Translations under genes and position numbers: made by a program
Assembly (NCBI GenBank): GCA_963792415.1
Contig: CAWBVY010000006.1
Location: forward strand, 736,001 to 800,000
DNA: 64,000 nt
Source: Candidatus Deferrimicrobiaceae bacterium
GTDB lineage: Bacteria; Desulfobacterota; Deferrimicrobia; Deferrimicrobiales; Deferrimicrobiaceae
Direction of reading: 5' to 3'
Notes under the pieces: generated by a model
Told to the model about the DNA's origin: nothing
What the model saw: only the letters and a program-made list of their open reading frames with translations
The model's database searches: none
Shown: one piece after another, positions 17,043-26,669 of the stretch
Numbering within the stretch: position 1 is the first letter of the stretch
Layout: every line of letters begins with the position of its first letter

Positions 17043-18150
17043 TGGTCACCCGGGGGATCCTCGGGCCGACCTGGACCAGGATCTCGTACGGGATGGTCCC
17101 GCAGACGCGCGCCATCTCCTCCGCGCCCATCGACGCCTCCCCCATCACCTCGACGTCCGTCCCGATCTCCACGCCCGGCATCCCGGTGACGTCGATCATC
17201 GTGTGGTCCATGCACACCGTTCCGACGACGGGGACGGGATGGCCGGCGACCGACATCCGGGCACGGCAGGTCAACGCGCGGCGATAGCCGTCGGCGTACC
17301 CGATGGGGACGACGGCGATCCGGCGGGCGCCGTCGCAGCAGTACCGGCGGTTGTAGCTCACCGCGTGTCCCGCCGGGAGCTCCTTCAGGGACAACACCTT
17401 CGAAATGACCCGCATCACGGGGCGAAGGTCCTGCGACGCCTCGCCGGGGGGGAGAGGGGAGCAGCCGTACAGGGAGATGCCGGGCCGGACGAGGTCGAAC
17501 GGCTCCTCGCCGAACCGGAGGATTCCCGCGCTGTTCAGCGCATGGACCGCCACGGAGGCCCCGAACGCCTTCCGCACGGCGGGGAGCATCTCCCGGAAGG
17601 TGGCCAACTGCGCCGCCGTGTACTCCCGGTCCTCCACCGCCGACCCGTCCGCCGAAGACAGGTGCGTCATCCACCCTTCCAGCCGCAGAGCGGGGATTGA
17701 AGCAATCTGCCCCGCCGCCTCCATGGCCTCCCGCGGGGGCAGTCCGAGCCGCCCCATCCCCGTGTCGACCTTGACGTGCACCGGGAAGGGACGCCCCGCC
17801 GCCTCCGCCGCGCGGGCCAGGTAGCCGATCTGCCTCCGGTCGAACAGTATTGCCGAAAGGCCGTGGGCGTGGGCCTCCGCCGCCTGCGGCGGGTCGATGC
17901 CCCCCAGTACGACTACCGGGAGGCGGATCCCCCCCTCGCGCAGTTCCACCCCTTCTTCCACCGTGGCCACGCCCAGCATCCGCGCCCCGTCCGCCTCGAG
18001 GGCGCGCGCCACGGGAAGCGCGCCGTGCCCGTAGGCGTTCGCCTTCACGATGCCGAGAAGGCCGACGCCTTGCGGGAGCAGCGCGCGAATCACTTGAACG
18101 TTGTGCCGGAGGGCCGAGAGGCGGATCTCCGCCACCGTGGGCCGGGCCAA
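17035..18150 (-). CDS. alr: Alanine racemase
   Basis: IVKANAYGHG, KVDTGMGRLG, GYADG and CMD motifs. Confidence 0.97.
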   Translation of the reverse strand: MARPTVAEIRLSALRHNVQVIRALLPQGVGLLGIVKANAYGHGALPVARALEADGARMLGVATVEEGVELREGGIRLPVVVLGGIDPPQAAEAHAHGLSAILFDRRQIGYLARAAEAAGRPFPVHVKVDTGMGRLGLPPREAMEAAGQIASIPALRLEGWMTHLSSADGSAVEDREYTAAQLATFREMLPAVRKAFGASVAVHALNSAGILRFGEEPFDLVRPGISLYGCSPLPPGEASQDLRPVMRVISKVLSLKELPAGHAVSYNRRYCCDGARRIAVVPIGYADGYRRALTCRARMSVAGHPVPVVGTVCMDHTMIDVTGMPGVEIGTDVEVMGEASMGAEEMARVCGTIPYEILVQVGPRIPRVTID

Positions 18151-18235
18151 GCCTGGACCTCCCGGGGAAGCGAGATGAGCGATGGGGAAAGTTTACCCCA
18201 CCCCCTCCGGGCAAGTAAAGGACACGGACCCACCC

Positions 18236-18265
18236 TTGACACCCCCGATCCCACGGCCGTATTAT
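18236..18265 (+). promoter_or_regulatory. sigma70 promoter of the thiC leader
   Basis: TTGACA-18 nt-TATTAT just upstream of the riboswitch. Confidence 0.7.
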
Positions 18266-18276
18266 TAAAAGTAACC

Positions 18277-18386
18277 GCCAGGGGTGCATTTCGCTGAGAG
18301 CCTCAGGGGGGGGCGCACCGCGTGAGCCTTCCCCTTTGGGCAACCCGTCGAACCTGACCCGGGTAATACCGGCGCAGGGAGCGTGG
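18277..18386 (+). ncRNA. TPP riboswitch (THI box)
   Basis: AGGGGTGC...GCTGAGA...ACCCGTCGAACCTGACCCGGGTAATACCGGCGCAGGGAG consensus upstream of thiC. Confidence 0.95.
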
Positions 18387-18395
18387 TCCTCTTCG

Positions 18396-18432
18396 AGCCG
18401 TGCCGTTTCCCCCTGGCGCGGCTTTTCATTTT
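18396..18432 (+). terminator. Intrinsic terminator forming the riboswitch expression platform
   Basis: AGCCGTGCC...GGCGCGGCT hairpin followed by a T-rich tail (TTTTCATTTT). Confidence 0.7.
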
Positions 18433-18455
18433 CCGAACGGAAAGGAAGGTACACC

Positions 18456-19745
18456 ATGACGTTGATGCATCGCGCGCGGCAGGGGGAGATCCCTCCGGCG
18501 ATCGCCCTTGCGGCGCAATCGGAACATATGGACCCCGAGACGCTTCGGGATCGGATCGCCGCAGGGAGAGTCGTCATTCCCCGCAACCGGAAACGCCGCG
18601 AGATCCGCCCCGTCGCCGTCGGCGAAGGCCTCACCATCAAGGTGAACGCGAACGTCGGCTCCTCCCGCGACCACGCCGACATCGCGCTGGAGATGGAGAA
18701 GATGCGCGCCGCCGTGGCGGCCGGGGCCGACGCGGTGATGGACCTGTCCACGGGAGGACCGATCGACGAGATCCGACAGGCGATCCTCGCCGAGTGCCCC
18801 GTACCGGTCGGGACCGTCCCCCTGTACCAGATCGCGGCCGACGGCAACCTGCGTGGAAAATCGTGGGTCGAACTCACGGCGGACGACTTCTTCGCCGGGA
18901 TCGAGAAACAGGCCTTCGAGGGGGTCGACTTCATGACGGTCCACTGCGGCGTGACCCGCGGATCGGTCGAGCGCCTGGTCCGGGAGGGTCGCCGCCTCGA
19001 CATCGTCAGCCGCGGCGGGTCTCTCCTGGCGGAGTGGATGGATTTCAACGGTCAGGAAAACCCGTTCTACGAACAGTACGACCGTCTCCTTGCGATCTGC
19101 CGGGAGTACGACGTCACGATCTCCCTGGGCGACGGCCTGCGCCCCGGGTGCCTGGCGGACGCCACGGATCGCGCGCAGGTCCACGAATTGATGACGCTGG
19201 GCGAACTCACCGAGCGCGCCTGGGAGAAAGACGTGCAGGTGATGGTCGAAGGCCCCGGCCACGTCCCGATGCACCAGATCGCCGCCAACATGGTGCTCCA
19301 GAAGCGGCTGTGCCACGGCGCGCCGTTCTACGTCCTCGGCCCCCTGGTGACCGACATCGCCCCGGGGTACGACCACATCACTTCGGCCATCGGCGGCGCG
19401 ATCGCCGGTTGGAGCGGCGCGGATTTCCTGTGCTACGTTACGCCGTCGGAGCACCTCCGGCTGCCGCCGGTGGAGGACGTGCGCGAAGGGGTGATCGCGA
19501 CCCGGATCGCCGCGCATGCCGCGGATATCGCCCGCGGGCTCCCCGGGGCGATGGACCGGGACAACAAGATGGCGGATGCGCGCGGCGCGCTGGACTGGAA
19601 GGCGCAGATCGAACTGTCCATCGACCCGGAACGGGCGAGCGCCTGGCGGGGGGGATCCCTTCCCAGCGCGGACGAGGCGGCCTGCACGATGTGCGCGGAC
19701 CTGTGCGCCATCAAGACGTCGCGGAAGGCGATCCGGAAAGGGTAG
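18456..19745 (+). CDS. thiC: Phosphomethylpyrimidine synthase
   Basis: KVNANVG, MDLSTGG, SRGGS, LGDGLRPG, EGPGHVP and C-terminal CTMCADLC. Preceded by a TPP riboswitch. Confidence 0.95.
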   Translation: MTLMHRARQGEIPPAIALAAQSEHMDPETLRDRIAAGRVVIPRNRKRREIRPVAVGEGLTIKVNANVGSSRDHADIALEMEKMRAAVAAGADAVMDLSTGGPIDEIRQAILAECPVPVGTVPLYQIAADGNLRGKSWVELTADDFFAGIEKQAFEGVDFMTVHCGVTRGSVERLVREGRRLDIVSRGGSLLAEWMDFNGQENPFYEQYDRLLAICREYDVTISLGDGLRPGCLADATDRAQVHELMTLGELTERAWEKDVQVMVEGPGHVPMHQIAANMVLQKRLCHGAPFYVLGPLVTDIAPGYDHITSAIGGAIAGWSGADFLCYVTPSEHLRLPPVEDVREGVIATRIAAHAADIARGLPGAMDRDNKMADARGALDWKAQIELSIDPERASAWRGGSLPSADEAACTMCADLCAIKTSRKAIRKG

Positions 19746-19763
19746 CTCCCGGCGAACCCGCCG

Positions 19764-20270
19764 CTATTTCGCGGGGACCACCGACCGCACCTTTTCCCGG
19801 AACGGTTCCGCGAACCGATCAGGGAAGACGGCCGCGAGCCGCTTTCCCGCGGCCATGGCCGTGGGTGCCGCCTTCGACTCGCGCAGCAGCCGGGCGTCCC
19901 GCGGCAGCAGGATCACCAGCAGGAACACGACCAGTATCGAGAACAGCGCGCCTTTCACCAGGCCCACCGCCATCCCCGCGAGCCGGTCCGTCCCCGACAG
20001 CGTGGACTTCCGTACCCACCCCTCGATCAGCCCCCCGATCAGCCGGACCGCGAGATACGCGGCGAGGAAGACGACCGCATACCCGACCACCTCGGCGTAC
20101 TGGAAGGAGAGGCCGAGCCTCGCCTGCGCGAAGCCGTACCACCGGACCCCTGCCAGGTGTCCTGCGATCAACCCCCCGAGGGAGAAGAGCTGCCGGACCA
20201 GGCCCCGGACGATTCCGGAGACGGCGAACCAGACGATCAGTAATGCAAGGATCAGATCGAGGAGGTTCAT
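19764..20270 (-). CDS. cvpA: CvpA family membrane protein
   Basis: MNLLDLIL...RGLVRQ and LSGTDRLAG..GLVKG; four hydrophobic segments. Confidence 0.85.
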   Translation of the reverse strand: MNLLDLILALLIVWFAVSGIVRGLVRQLFSLGGLIAGHLAGVRWYGFAQARLGLSFQYAEVVGYAVVFLAAYLAVRLIGGLIEGWVRKSTLSGTDRLAGMAVGLVKGALFSILVVFLLVILLPRDARLLRESKAAPTAMAAGKRLAAVFPDRFAEPFREKVRSVVPAK

Positions 20271-20415
20271 GCCCCCATTATGGCGTCACCGGAACGTCCC
20301 TTCAACAGAAACACCCGGCCGGTAATGGACTTTTTTCGGGATCCCTTCCGAAGGGTTGGAAACGGCGCGGGAAGCGGTGTATAAAGAATGTCCGGGGAAA
20401 GCCTCCCGGTATGGC

Positions 20416-20502
20416 GCCGGAGTGGTGGAACTGGCAGACGCGCGGGACTCAAAATCCCGTGTCCGCGAGGACGTGAGGGTTCAAGTCCCTCCTCCGGCAC
20501 CA
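20416..20502 (+). tRNA. tRNA-Leu (anticodon CAA)
   Basis: GCCGGAG/CTCCGGC acceptor stem, CGGGA-CTCAAAA-TCCCG anticodon arm, long variable arm, GGTTCAAGTCC T arm and encoded CCA. Confidence 0.97.
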
Positions 20503-20703
20503 CCTCAAATCAAGCAGTTACGCTCGACGCTGTGCCTCCGTTGATAGCACAGCCCTGCTTTCGCCGGGGCGTCTCCATCACCAAGACCACAATTGCGGGG
20601 GCGGGGGGAAAATAATAGTGATTTTTTCCATCGGACTTGCCGATATTCCCTACGAGACAGAATTGTATCGATATTTCCCAGCCTTGGCTAAAAAAGGAGG
20701 GAT

Positions 20704-21273
20704 TTGATGAAAAGAACCGCCCTTTTATCGGTCTTGTTGTTGCTGGTCACCGTCCCGGCGTTCGCGGAAAACCCACCCAAAAACCCACCCAACTATGCAA
20801 CCTTGAAACTTGGTGCGTATCTCCCACAGGCCGACGATATGGATAACTTCAACGACGGGTTCAACGTGGAAGTGGCGGTTGGCCAATATTTCAATCCGTA
20901 TGCGGCTGTTGATTTAAGCATCGGATATCTTAAGGCCAACGGCAGCGCTTCGGGAGTAAGTGGGCAGGTAAGAGCATACCCGGTCCTCCTGAGCATTAAG
21001 GGGGTGGTCCCGCTGTCCATTGTCGAACTGTATGGCCTTGTTGGGGGTGGGGTGTATTTTACTGACGCCCAAGTAAGCGGATTTGGGATTACTGATAGCG
21101 AGAGCGACATTACAAGTGGATTCCAGGCAGGGGTGGGGGCAAACTTCAACTTGTCCGGGAACGTGTTCTTGGGAGTAGAAGGAAAATATTTTTGGGCATT
21201 TCCCGAGTTTGACTCAGTCAAAGTCCATATCGACGGCATCCAAGCCACGGCAAATATCGGCTATCGTTTTTAG
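20704..21273 (+). CDS. Outer-membrane beta-barrel protein (OmpW/OmpA-like 8-strand family)
   Basis: Signal peptide ending AFA, alternating beta-strand pattern, C-terminal IGYRF and AAGGAGG RBS. Visibly lower GC than its flanks. Confidence 0.85.
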   Translation: MMKRTALLSVLLLLVTVPAFAENPPKNPPNYATLKLGAYLPQADDMDNFNDGFNVEVAVGQYFNPYAAVDLSIGYLKANGSASGVSGQVRAYPVLLSIKGVVPLSIVELYGLVGGGVYFTDAQVSGFGITDSESDITSGFQAGVGANFNLSGNVFLGVEGKYFWAFPEFDSVKVHIDGIQATANIGYRF

Positions 21274-21328
21274 ATACCACCCGGTTTATGGTACATCGGG
21301 GGAGGGCCTCCGGTACCAAGGCAATCCG

Positions 21329-21363
21329 AAGGGCTGGCAATGATCCGTTGTCAGCCCTTTTTC
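21329..21363 (+). terminator. Rho-independent terminator
   Basis: AAGGGCTGGCAA...TTGTCAGCCCTT hairpin followed by a T tract. Confidence 0.8.
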
Positions 21364-21395
21364 ATTGCGTGGGTGCTCGAAGGGGGTCCCCCGGG

Positions 21396-22376
21396 TCAGG
21401 CTTCCGGCAATAGGACGATTTTACCCCTTACCTGACGGTTGACCAGCCGCTTCATCGCGGCGGCGGCTTCGCTCAGAGGCACCCGTTCGCTGATGGATGG
21501 CCTCACCTTGCCGGCCGCGAACCATTCCATCAATTGCTTCACATTGCGCAGGTGGCCTTCGGGGTCGCGCTTGACCGATTCCCCCCAATAGACGCCGACG
21601 ATGGAGCGTTCCTGGAGGAGAGCGAGGTTGATCGGAATCTTCGGGATGTCCCCGGCGGCGAACCCGATCACCAGGAGGCGCCCACCCCAGGCCGTGGCGC
21701 GCAGGGCGCTCTCGGTGTAGGGGCCGCCAACGGGATCGCAGACCACGTCCACTCCTTTGCCTCCCGTCAGCTCCTTGACGCGATCGCGCAGGTTTCCGGA
21801 GGCGTAGTTGATGGTCTCATCGGCGCCCGCTTTCCGGCACAGGGAAAGTTTCTCCTCGCTGGAGGCGGCCGCGAGAACACGGGCGCCCATCACCTTGCCG
21901 ATTTCGACGGCCGCAAGGCCGACGCCGCCCGCGGCTCCCAGCACCAGCAAGGTTTCGCCGGCACCGAGACGGCCCCTGTCCCGCAGTGCGTGGAGGGAGG
22001 TTCCATAGGTGAAGAAGAACGCGGCGCCGGTTTCGAAGTCCATCTCCCCGGGCAGCGTCGTCACCCGTCCGGCGTCCACCGCGCACTCCTCGGCGAAACC
22101 ACCCCAGCCGGCGATGGCGCTGACCCTGTCGCCCGCATGGAAACCCCGCACATCCGCTCCGACCTCGACGATCACGCCAGCGATTTCCGTACCGGGCGAA
22201 AAGGGAAGGGGCGGCTTCACCTGGTAGAGACCCTGCGCCATCAAGGCATCGGGGAAGTTGAGCGAAGCGGCCTTTACATCGATCAGGACCTGGTGGGGAC
22301 CGGGGCGCGGAGATTCGATCTCCCGCATCGCGAGATGTTCCAGCGGACCGAAGGCGGTGCACAGCAGCGCTTTCAT
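21396..22376 (-). CDS. NADPH:quinone oxidoreductase (MDR/zeta-crystallin family)
   Basis: LNFPD, GLYQVKPPLPFSPG, LGAAGGVG and IGFAAG motifs. Confidence 0.92.
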   Translation of the reverse strand: MKALLCTAFGPLEHLAMREIESPRPGPHQVLIDVKAASLNFPDALMAQGLYQVKPPLPFSPGTEIAGVIVEVGADVRGFHAGDRVSAIAGWGGFAEECAVDAGRVTTLPGEMDFETGAAFFFTYGTSLHALRDRGRLGAGETLLVLGAAGGVGLAAVEIGKVMGARVLAAASSEEKLSLCRKAGADETINYASGNLRDRVKELTGGKGVDVVCDPVGGPYTESALRATAWGGRLLVIGFAAGDIPKIPINLALLQERSIVGVYWGESVKRDPEGHLRNVKQLMEWFAAGKVRPSISERVPLSEAAAAMKRLVNRQVRGKIVLLPEA

Positions 22377-22482
22377 GCCTTCCTCACGGGGTCACCATTT
22401 CCGAAGCGGTCCCCTTCCCCGAAAGGTGCCCTGCCACCGCGTCCCCGGGTTCGAGATACGCGAATCCATCCAAGGTACGCCG

Positions 22483-23559
22483 CTACTTTCCCGAGACCTC
22501 CGCGACGGCTTTCATGATGTTGTCCGAGGAGATCTCCAAAATGCCGTACAAGGTCTTTGTCTTCCCGGTGCGCGAATCGAGCACGGCCACGGAAGGGGTG
22601 CCCGGTACCTTGAACTTCTTGACGAGGGCGCTGAAGTACTGCATGCCGGCCATGACGTCCACGTAATTCAACGGGACATACTTCACGCCGAGGGGGGAAA
22701 CCGCCGCCTGGACATCCTCCGGCGTCGGTTCCTTTGTTCTCTTCGCAAGGGCCGCCATGGCTTCCCGGATCTCGAGATATTTCGCCTTCTCACGGACGAT
22801 GAAGGACAAATTGTACGGAATGAAGTTGAAGGTTTCCGGGTGGACCGGGTAATCCACGAAAACCACCTTCGCCTTCCGCATGGCTTTTCGGGCACCCTTC
22901 AGGATCTCCGGCTCGGCGACGCGGCACGCGGGGCAGAACCAGTCCGTGATCATGTAGACCTCCGTACTGCTTTCCTCATCCCCGAAGGCGAGGGACTTCA
23001 CCGGCAGACCGGCCGCAAACGCGTCGGGTTTCGAAAGACCCATCGCGGTTACGCCCATGCCGGCGAGGAACGCGAAAAGAATCAAAGCCGTCTTGCCCGC
23101 GAGCCGTTTCATCTCCATGTTCCTTTCTCCGCCACGAATTCGGATTCCAACCCCGGGCAATCGCTCCAGGGCGATCAGGACGCACGCCGTTACGACCGAG
23201 AGGGCGATTCCGACGCAGAGCGGGCACCACCTTCCAATAACATACTTCTGATACCAGACGAGTACGAATTCTGAGCCGAGTGCCCCGGAGAGCAGAACGG
23301 GGACCAGAAAACCGGAGAACCGGAATCGGTTCCTTGTGAGAAAAGCGAGGCCGCACAATGTGAAATATCCGACGCCGAGGGGGGAAAGCGGGAGTCCGAA
23401 AATCCGGTACAGGTGCGTTTCCTCGCAACCACCGGAGCAGATCCCGAGCCAGGACAGGACGGAAAGGATCCACGCCGCGGCAAACGGCACCGCGATCCAA
23501 TACCCGCGGTGCGATTTCCACAGACCGGCCGAAGCGGTTGTCTCCAGTGCAGCGCCCAT
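22483..23559 (-). CDS. VKOR-like membrane domain fused to a DsbA/thioredoxin-like domain
   Basis: CSGGC, IFGLPL..LG and WCPLC (VKOR); TDWFCPAC and GTP cis-Pro loop (DsbA-like). ATG at 23559 after AAGGA. Confidence 0.8.
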   Translation of the reverse strand: MGAALETTASAGLWKSHRGYWIAVPFAAAWILSVLSWLGICSGGCEETHLYRIFGLPLSPLGVGYFTLCGLAFLTRNRFRFSGFLVPVLLSGALGSEFVLVWYQKYVIGRWCPLCVGIALSVVTACVLIALERLPGVGIRIRGGERNMEMKRLAGKTALILFAFLAGMGVTAMGLSKPDAFAAGLPVKSLAFGDEESSTEVYMITDWFCPACRVAEPEILKGARKAMRKAKVVFVDYPVHPETFNFIPYNLSFIVREKAKYLEIREAMAALAKRTKEPTPEDVQAAVSPLGVKYVPLNYVDVMAGMQYFSALVKKFKVPGTPSVAVLDSRTGKTKTLYGILEISSDNIMKAVAEVSGK

Positions 23560-23877
23560 GCGTGAATCCTTTCCTTTTGATGATATCCGATTTCCCGGGA
23601 AATCGCCGATCCCGAAAGCCTGGTGCACGCTGTGTCCCGCGTTCTTCTCGCTCAAGCCCTCAGTGTCTGGAAGCAGGCGTTGGGTCGGCGTTCCGCCGCC
23701 GGGGCGAATCGGTTCGCGGAGAAGATCTGCAGCGAGTTCCCCATGATGTTCCGGCGCGTCTCCCTGCCTTCTTTCCGGACCAGAGGAATTCCTCCCCAAG
23801 GCACGGTTTCACGGCATCCTTCAGCCGCACCATCGAGGGTTTCGGAGAACCGATGATCCCCGGCAGATTCATCACCC

Positions 23878-24414
23878 TCACCGATCCCCCTGCGGTGGAG
23901 GCGGGACGGCATGGTCCGAAAAATACCGTTTCCACGGTCCGCTGCCTTCGATGAACGGCTGCAGGATCGCCCTTTCGCCCTGGACCGTGTGCATCAGGTC
24001 GTGCCCTGCCCACTGGTGGATCAACTCCCCGAGGGTGACCATTCCCAGCTCCTGGTGCCGCGCCGTGCGGCTCAAATCGTCGCCCCCGACCTTCGACAAC
24101 ACCACCATGCTCTCCGCCCGAAGCCGAACGAAATCGCCGGCCAATTCGACCGGGGTCGGATTTCCGCCCGGCCCCTTTCCCTCTTCCCCCGGCTGATACG
24201 CCGGAAAATCCTCGCCGCGTAACAGATACCCCACACGCGCCGGGAACACCGACCTCTCGGTGTCGACGATGTGCCGTAAACATTCGTACGCCGACCACTC
24301 CTTCGGCGCCGGCTTCCATTGAAACAGCTCCGGCGACAGCATCGATGCCAACTGGAGCCACCGTTGCGGCGTCGCCTCGAGCACCGGAAGGACCAACCGG
24401 AATATGGGCAGCAT
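23878..24414 (-). CDS. DinB family protein
   Basis: EWSAYECLRHIVDTE and WAGHDLMHTVQ (His triad). Confidence 0.85.
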   Translation of the reverse strand: MLPIFRLVLPVLEATPQRWLQLASMLSPELFQWKPAPKEWSAYECLRHIVDTERSVFPARVGYLLRGEDFPAYQPGEEGKGPGGNPTPVELAGDFVRLRAESMVVLSKVGGDDLSRTARHQELGMVTLGELIHQWAGHDLMHTVQGERAILQPFIEGSGPWKRYFSDHAVPPPPQGDR

Positions 24415-24542
24415 GCTTCCTCCTGGGAATCCGGGTCTTCGACCGGATCGGCAGACCCGATAGAAATCGACGGGTCATAATTGATACGCGATGCCCTTGC
24501 CCTGTTAACCAGAAACCGTGCCGCGGGGATGCCGGGGGGACT

Positions 24543-25742
24543 TCATACGCGCACCTCCGGGGGCGCCTTGACCGTCGCGACCATTACGGCGGCGGCCGCC
24601 GCGAGGAGGGCCGCGATGCGGAACGCCGAGGCGTAACCGTGGGTGGTGTCGAAGATCCATCCCCCCGCCAACGGGCCGATCATCCCGGCAACCCCCCATG
24701 CCGTCAATAGGAGGCCGTAGTTGTTCCCGAGGTTCCGCATCCCGAAATAATCGGCGGTCGTCGACGGGAAGACGGCGAGCTGCGAACCGTAGCAGTATCC
24801 GATGAGGAAGACGGCGGCGAAGAGCATCGGCACGGTGGAAACCCCGGGGGCGAGGAAGAGGAGCAGTGCCGTCGCGCCCATCACCAGGGTGAGCGTGCGT
24901 ACGCGTCCGAAGTGATCCGACATCCACCCCGAGGCGATCCGCCCGCACCCGTTCCCCACCGAAAGCATCCCCACGGAGAGGGCGGAATCGCGGGCGGAGA
25001 ACCCCGCCCCCAGCGCGAAGGCGGCGAGATGCCCGATCACCATCAGTCCCGCCGCGGTGCCGAAGGCGTACGCGACCCACATCCGGCGGAAGGCGCCGGT
25101 ACCCACCATCTCCCGCGGGAGGAAATCCCGGCCGCCCCGCGCCGCCCCCTTCCCCGCCGCCGGAGGACTCCATCCCGGAGGGCGCCACCCTTCCGGCGGG
25201 TTCCGCAGGAACATCGACCCGGCGACCGTCACCGCCAGAAACCCCGCGCCGAGGATGCCGAAGGTGTCGCGCCACCCGAAGCGGTCGATCATGTATCCGG
25301 CCAGCGGGGCGATCACCGCGCCCCCCGCGCCGTATCCCATCACCATCATTCCCGTGACCAGCCCCCGCCGCTCGGGGAACCATTTCATCCCGACGGAGAG
25401 GGGGCACGTGTAGCCGATACCGCTGCCCAGCCCCACGACGACGCCGTAGCAGCCGTATAACCATGCCAGGGAGTCCGTGTACCGGGAAAGGAAGATCCCC
25501 GCGGAGAAGAGAAGCGCGCCGACGAGGGAGACGGCCGCGGGACCCCGGCGGTCCTGCCACCGCCCCCCGACCAGCACACCGACGGCGATGAAGGCGATCG
25601 AGAGGGTGAACGCGATGGAGAGCTCCGAGCGCGTCCAGCCGAATTCGCGCTGGAGGGGGGTGAGAAACACGCTGTAGACGTACGCGGCGCCGAGGCAAAG
25701 GTTCAAGCTCACGCCGCCGGCGACGCGGAACCACCGGTTCAC
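24543..25742 (-). CDS. MFS transporter, oxalate/formate antiporter (OFA) family
   Basis: About 12 TMs; KWFPERRGL, GRIASGWMSDHFGR and DYFG..NLGNNYG motifs. Confidence 0.9.
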   Translation of the reverse strand: MNRWFRVAGGVSLNLCLGAAYVYSVFLTPLQREFGWTRSELSIAFTLSIAFIAVGVLVGGRWQDRRGPAAVSLVGALLFSAGIFLSRYTDSLAWLYGCYGVVVGLGSGIGYTCPLSVGMKWFPERRGLVTGMMVMGYGAGGAVIAPLAGYMIDRFGWRDTFGILGAGFLAVTVAGSMFLRNPPEGWRPPGWSPPAAGKGAARGGRDFLPREMVGTGAFRRMWVAYAFGTAAGLMVIGHLAAFALGAGFSARDSALSVGMLSVGNGCGRIASGWMSDHFGRVRTLTLVMGATALLLFLAPGVSTVPMLFAAVFLIGYCYGSQLAVFPSTTADYFGMRNLGNNYGLLLTAWGVAGMIGPLAGGWIFDTTHGYASAFRIAALLAAAAAVMVATVKAPPEVRV

Positions 25743-25770
25743 GCCGCCCCCCTCCCGCGGTGGAACAGGG

Positions 25771-26463
25771 TCACTTGACCGAGATCAGCTCCACCTCGAA
25801 GATCAGCGTGGCGTTCGGACCGATGTCGCGGCCCGCCCCCCTCTCGCCGTACGCGAGATTCGGAGGGATGAAGAGCTGCCACTTCGCCCCTTCCTTCATC
25901 AGCTGGAGCGCCTCGGTCCAACCGGCGATCACGCCCGAGACGGGGAACGTCGCCGGCTCGCCGCGCTTGTAGGAACTGTCGAACTCCGTCCCGTCGATCA
26001 GCGTCCCCTTGTAGTGGGTCGTCACCGTGTCGGTCGCCTTCGGGCTTTTCCCCGTGCCGGGGGTGATCACCTTGTACTGGAGTCCGCTCGGGAGGGACTT
26101 CACCCCCTCCTTCTTCGCGTTCTCCGCGAGGAACTTCTCCCCTTCCACCTTGTTCTTCTCCGAGAGTTTCTGCATCGCCTCCGCCTTCTTCGCCATCAGC
26201 GTCTTCTGGAAGCCCTCTATCGCCTGGCGCGCCTGGTCCTCGGTGAGGAGGGTTTTCCCCCCGCCGTAGCTGTCCTTCAACCCTTTTGCCAGAATGTCCG
26301 GGTCCACCTCGACGGCTCCCCGCTTCAGGTTTCCCCCGATGTCCATCCCGATGCTGTAGCTGATCTTCTCCTTGTCGCTTTTCAATTCCGGCCCATCCGC
26401 CGCAAACGACACCCCCGAAAAGGCAACCATGGCGCACAACGCCACCGCAAGCCGTCTCCTCAT
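25771..26463 (-). CDS. FKBP-type peptidyl-prolyl isomerase (Mip/FkpA/FklB family)
   Basis: Signal peptide, [29 protein letters not shown] and LIFEVEL. Confidence 0.95.
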   Translation of the reverse strand: MRRRLAVALCAMVAFSGVSFAADGPELKSDKEKISYSIGMDIGGNLKRGAVEVDPDILAKGLKDSYGGGKTLLTEDQARQAIEGFQKTLMAKKAEAMQKLSEKNKVEGEKFLAENAKKEGVKSLPSGLQYKVITPGTGKSPKATDTVTTHYKGTLIDGTEFDSSYKRGEPATFPVSGVIAGWTEALQLMKEGAKWQLFIPPNLAYGERGAGRDIGPNATLIFEVELISVK

Positions 26464-26669
26464 CCTTGCCGCTCCTTTCCGTCGAAAACCGGATCTGTCG
26501 TTCCGTTCCGTAATTTTACACGCCGGCCCGCCGAACCGGAAGCGGATTCCCCTGCACCGGAGCGTCTTTCCGGAACGGGAGGTTTGCGGTATAAATGATC
26601 TTCGCGCGCGGGTCTTTCCACGCGGGCCGAGGGGAACGCTGCCCGGGAGAGGGCGGGAAGGGAGAGGGG

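Noticed and set aside
10813-17189. Very long plus-strand ORFs (1014 aa, 1057 aa) and similar ones elsewhere (7002-9728, 37161-39830, 44825-47326)
   Set aside because: They are antisense shadows of well-conserved minus-strand genes. They are R/P/G-rich, have no motifs, and are expected at this GC content.
18301-18345. G-run in the thiC leader as a phase-variable tract
   Set aside because: It pairs with CCTTCCCCTT as the variable P3 stem of the TPP riboswitch.
18456-19745. ThiC-like gene as BzaA/B/F (cobamide lower-ligand synthesis)
   Set aside because: It is preceded by a TPP riboswitch rather than a cobalamin riboswitch, and no cobamide genes are nearby.
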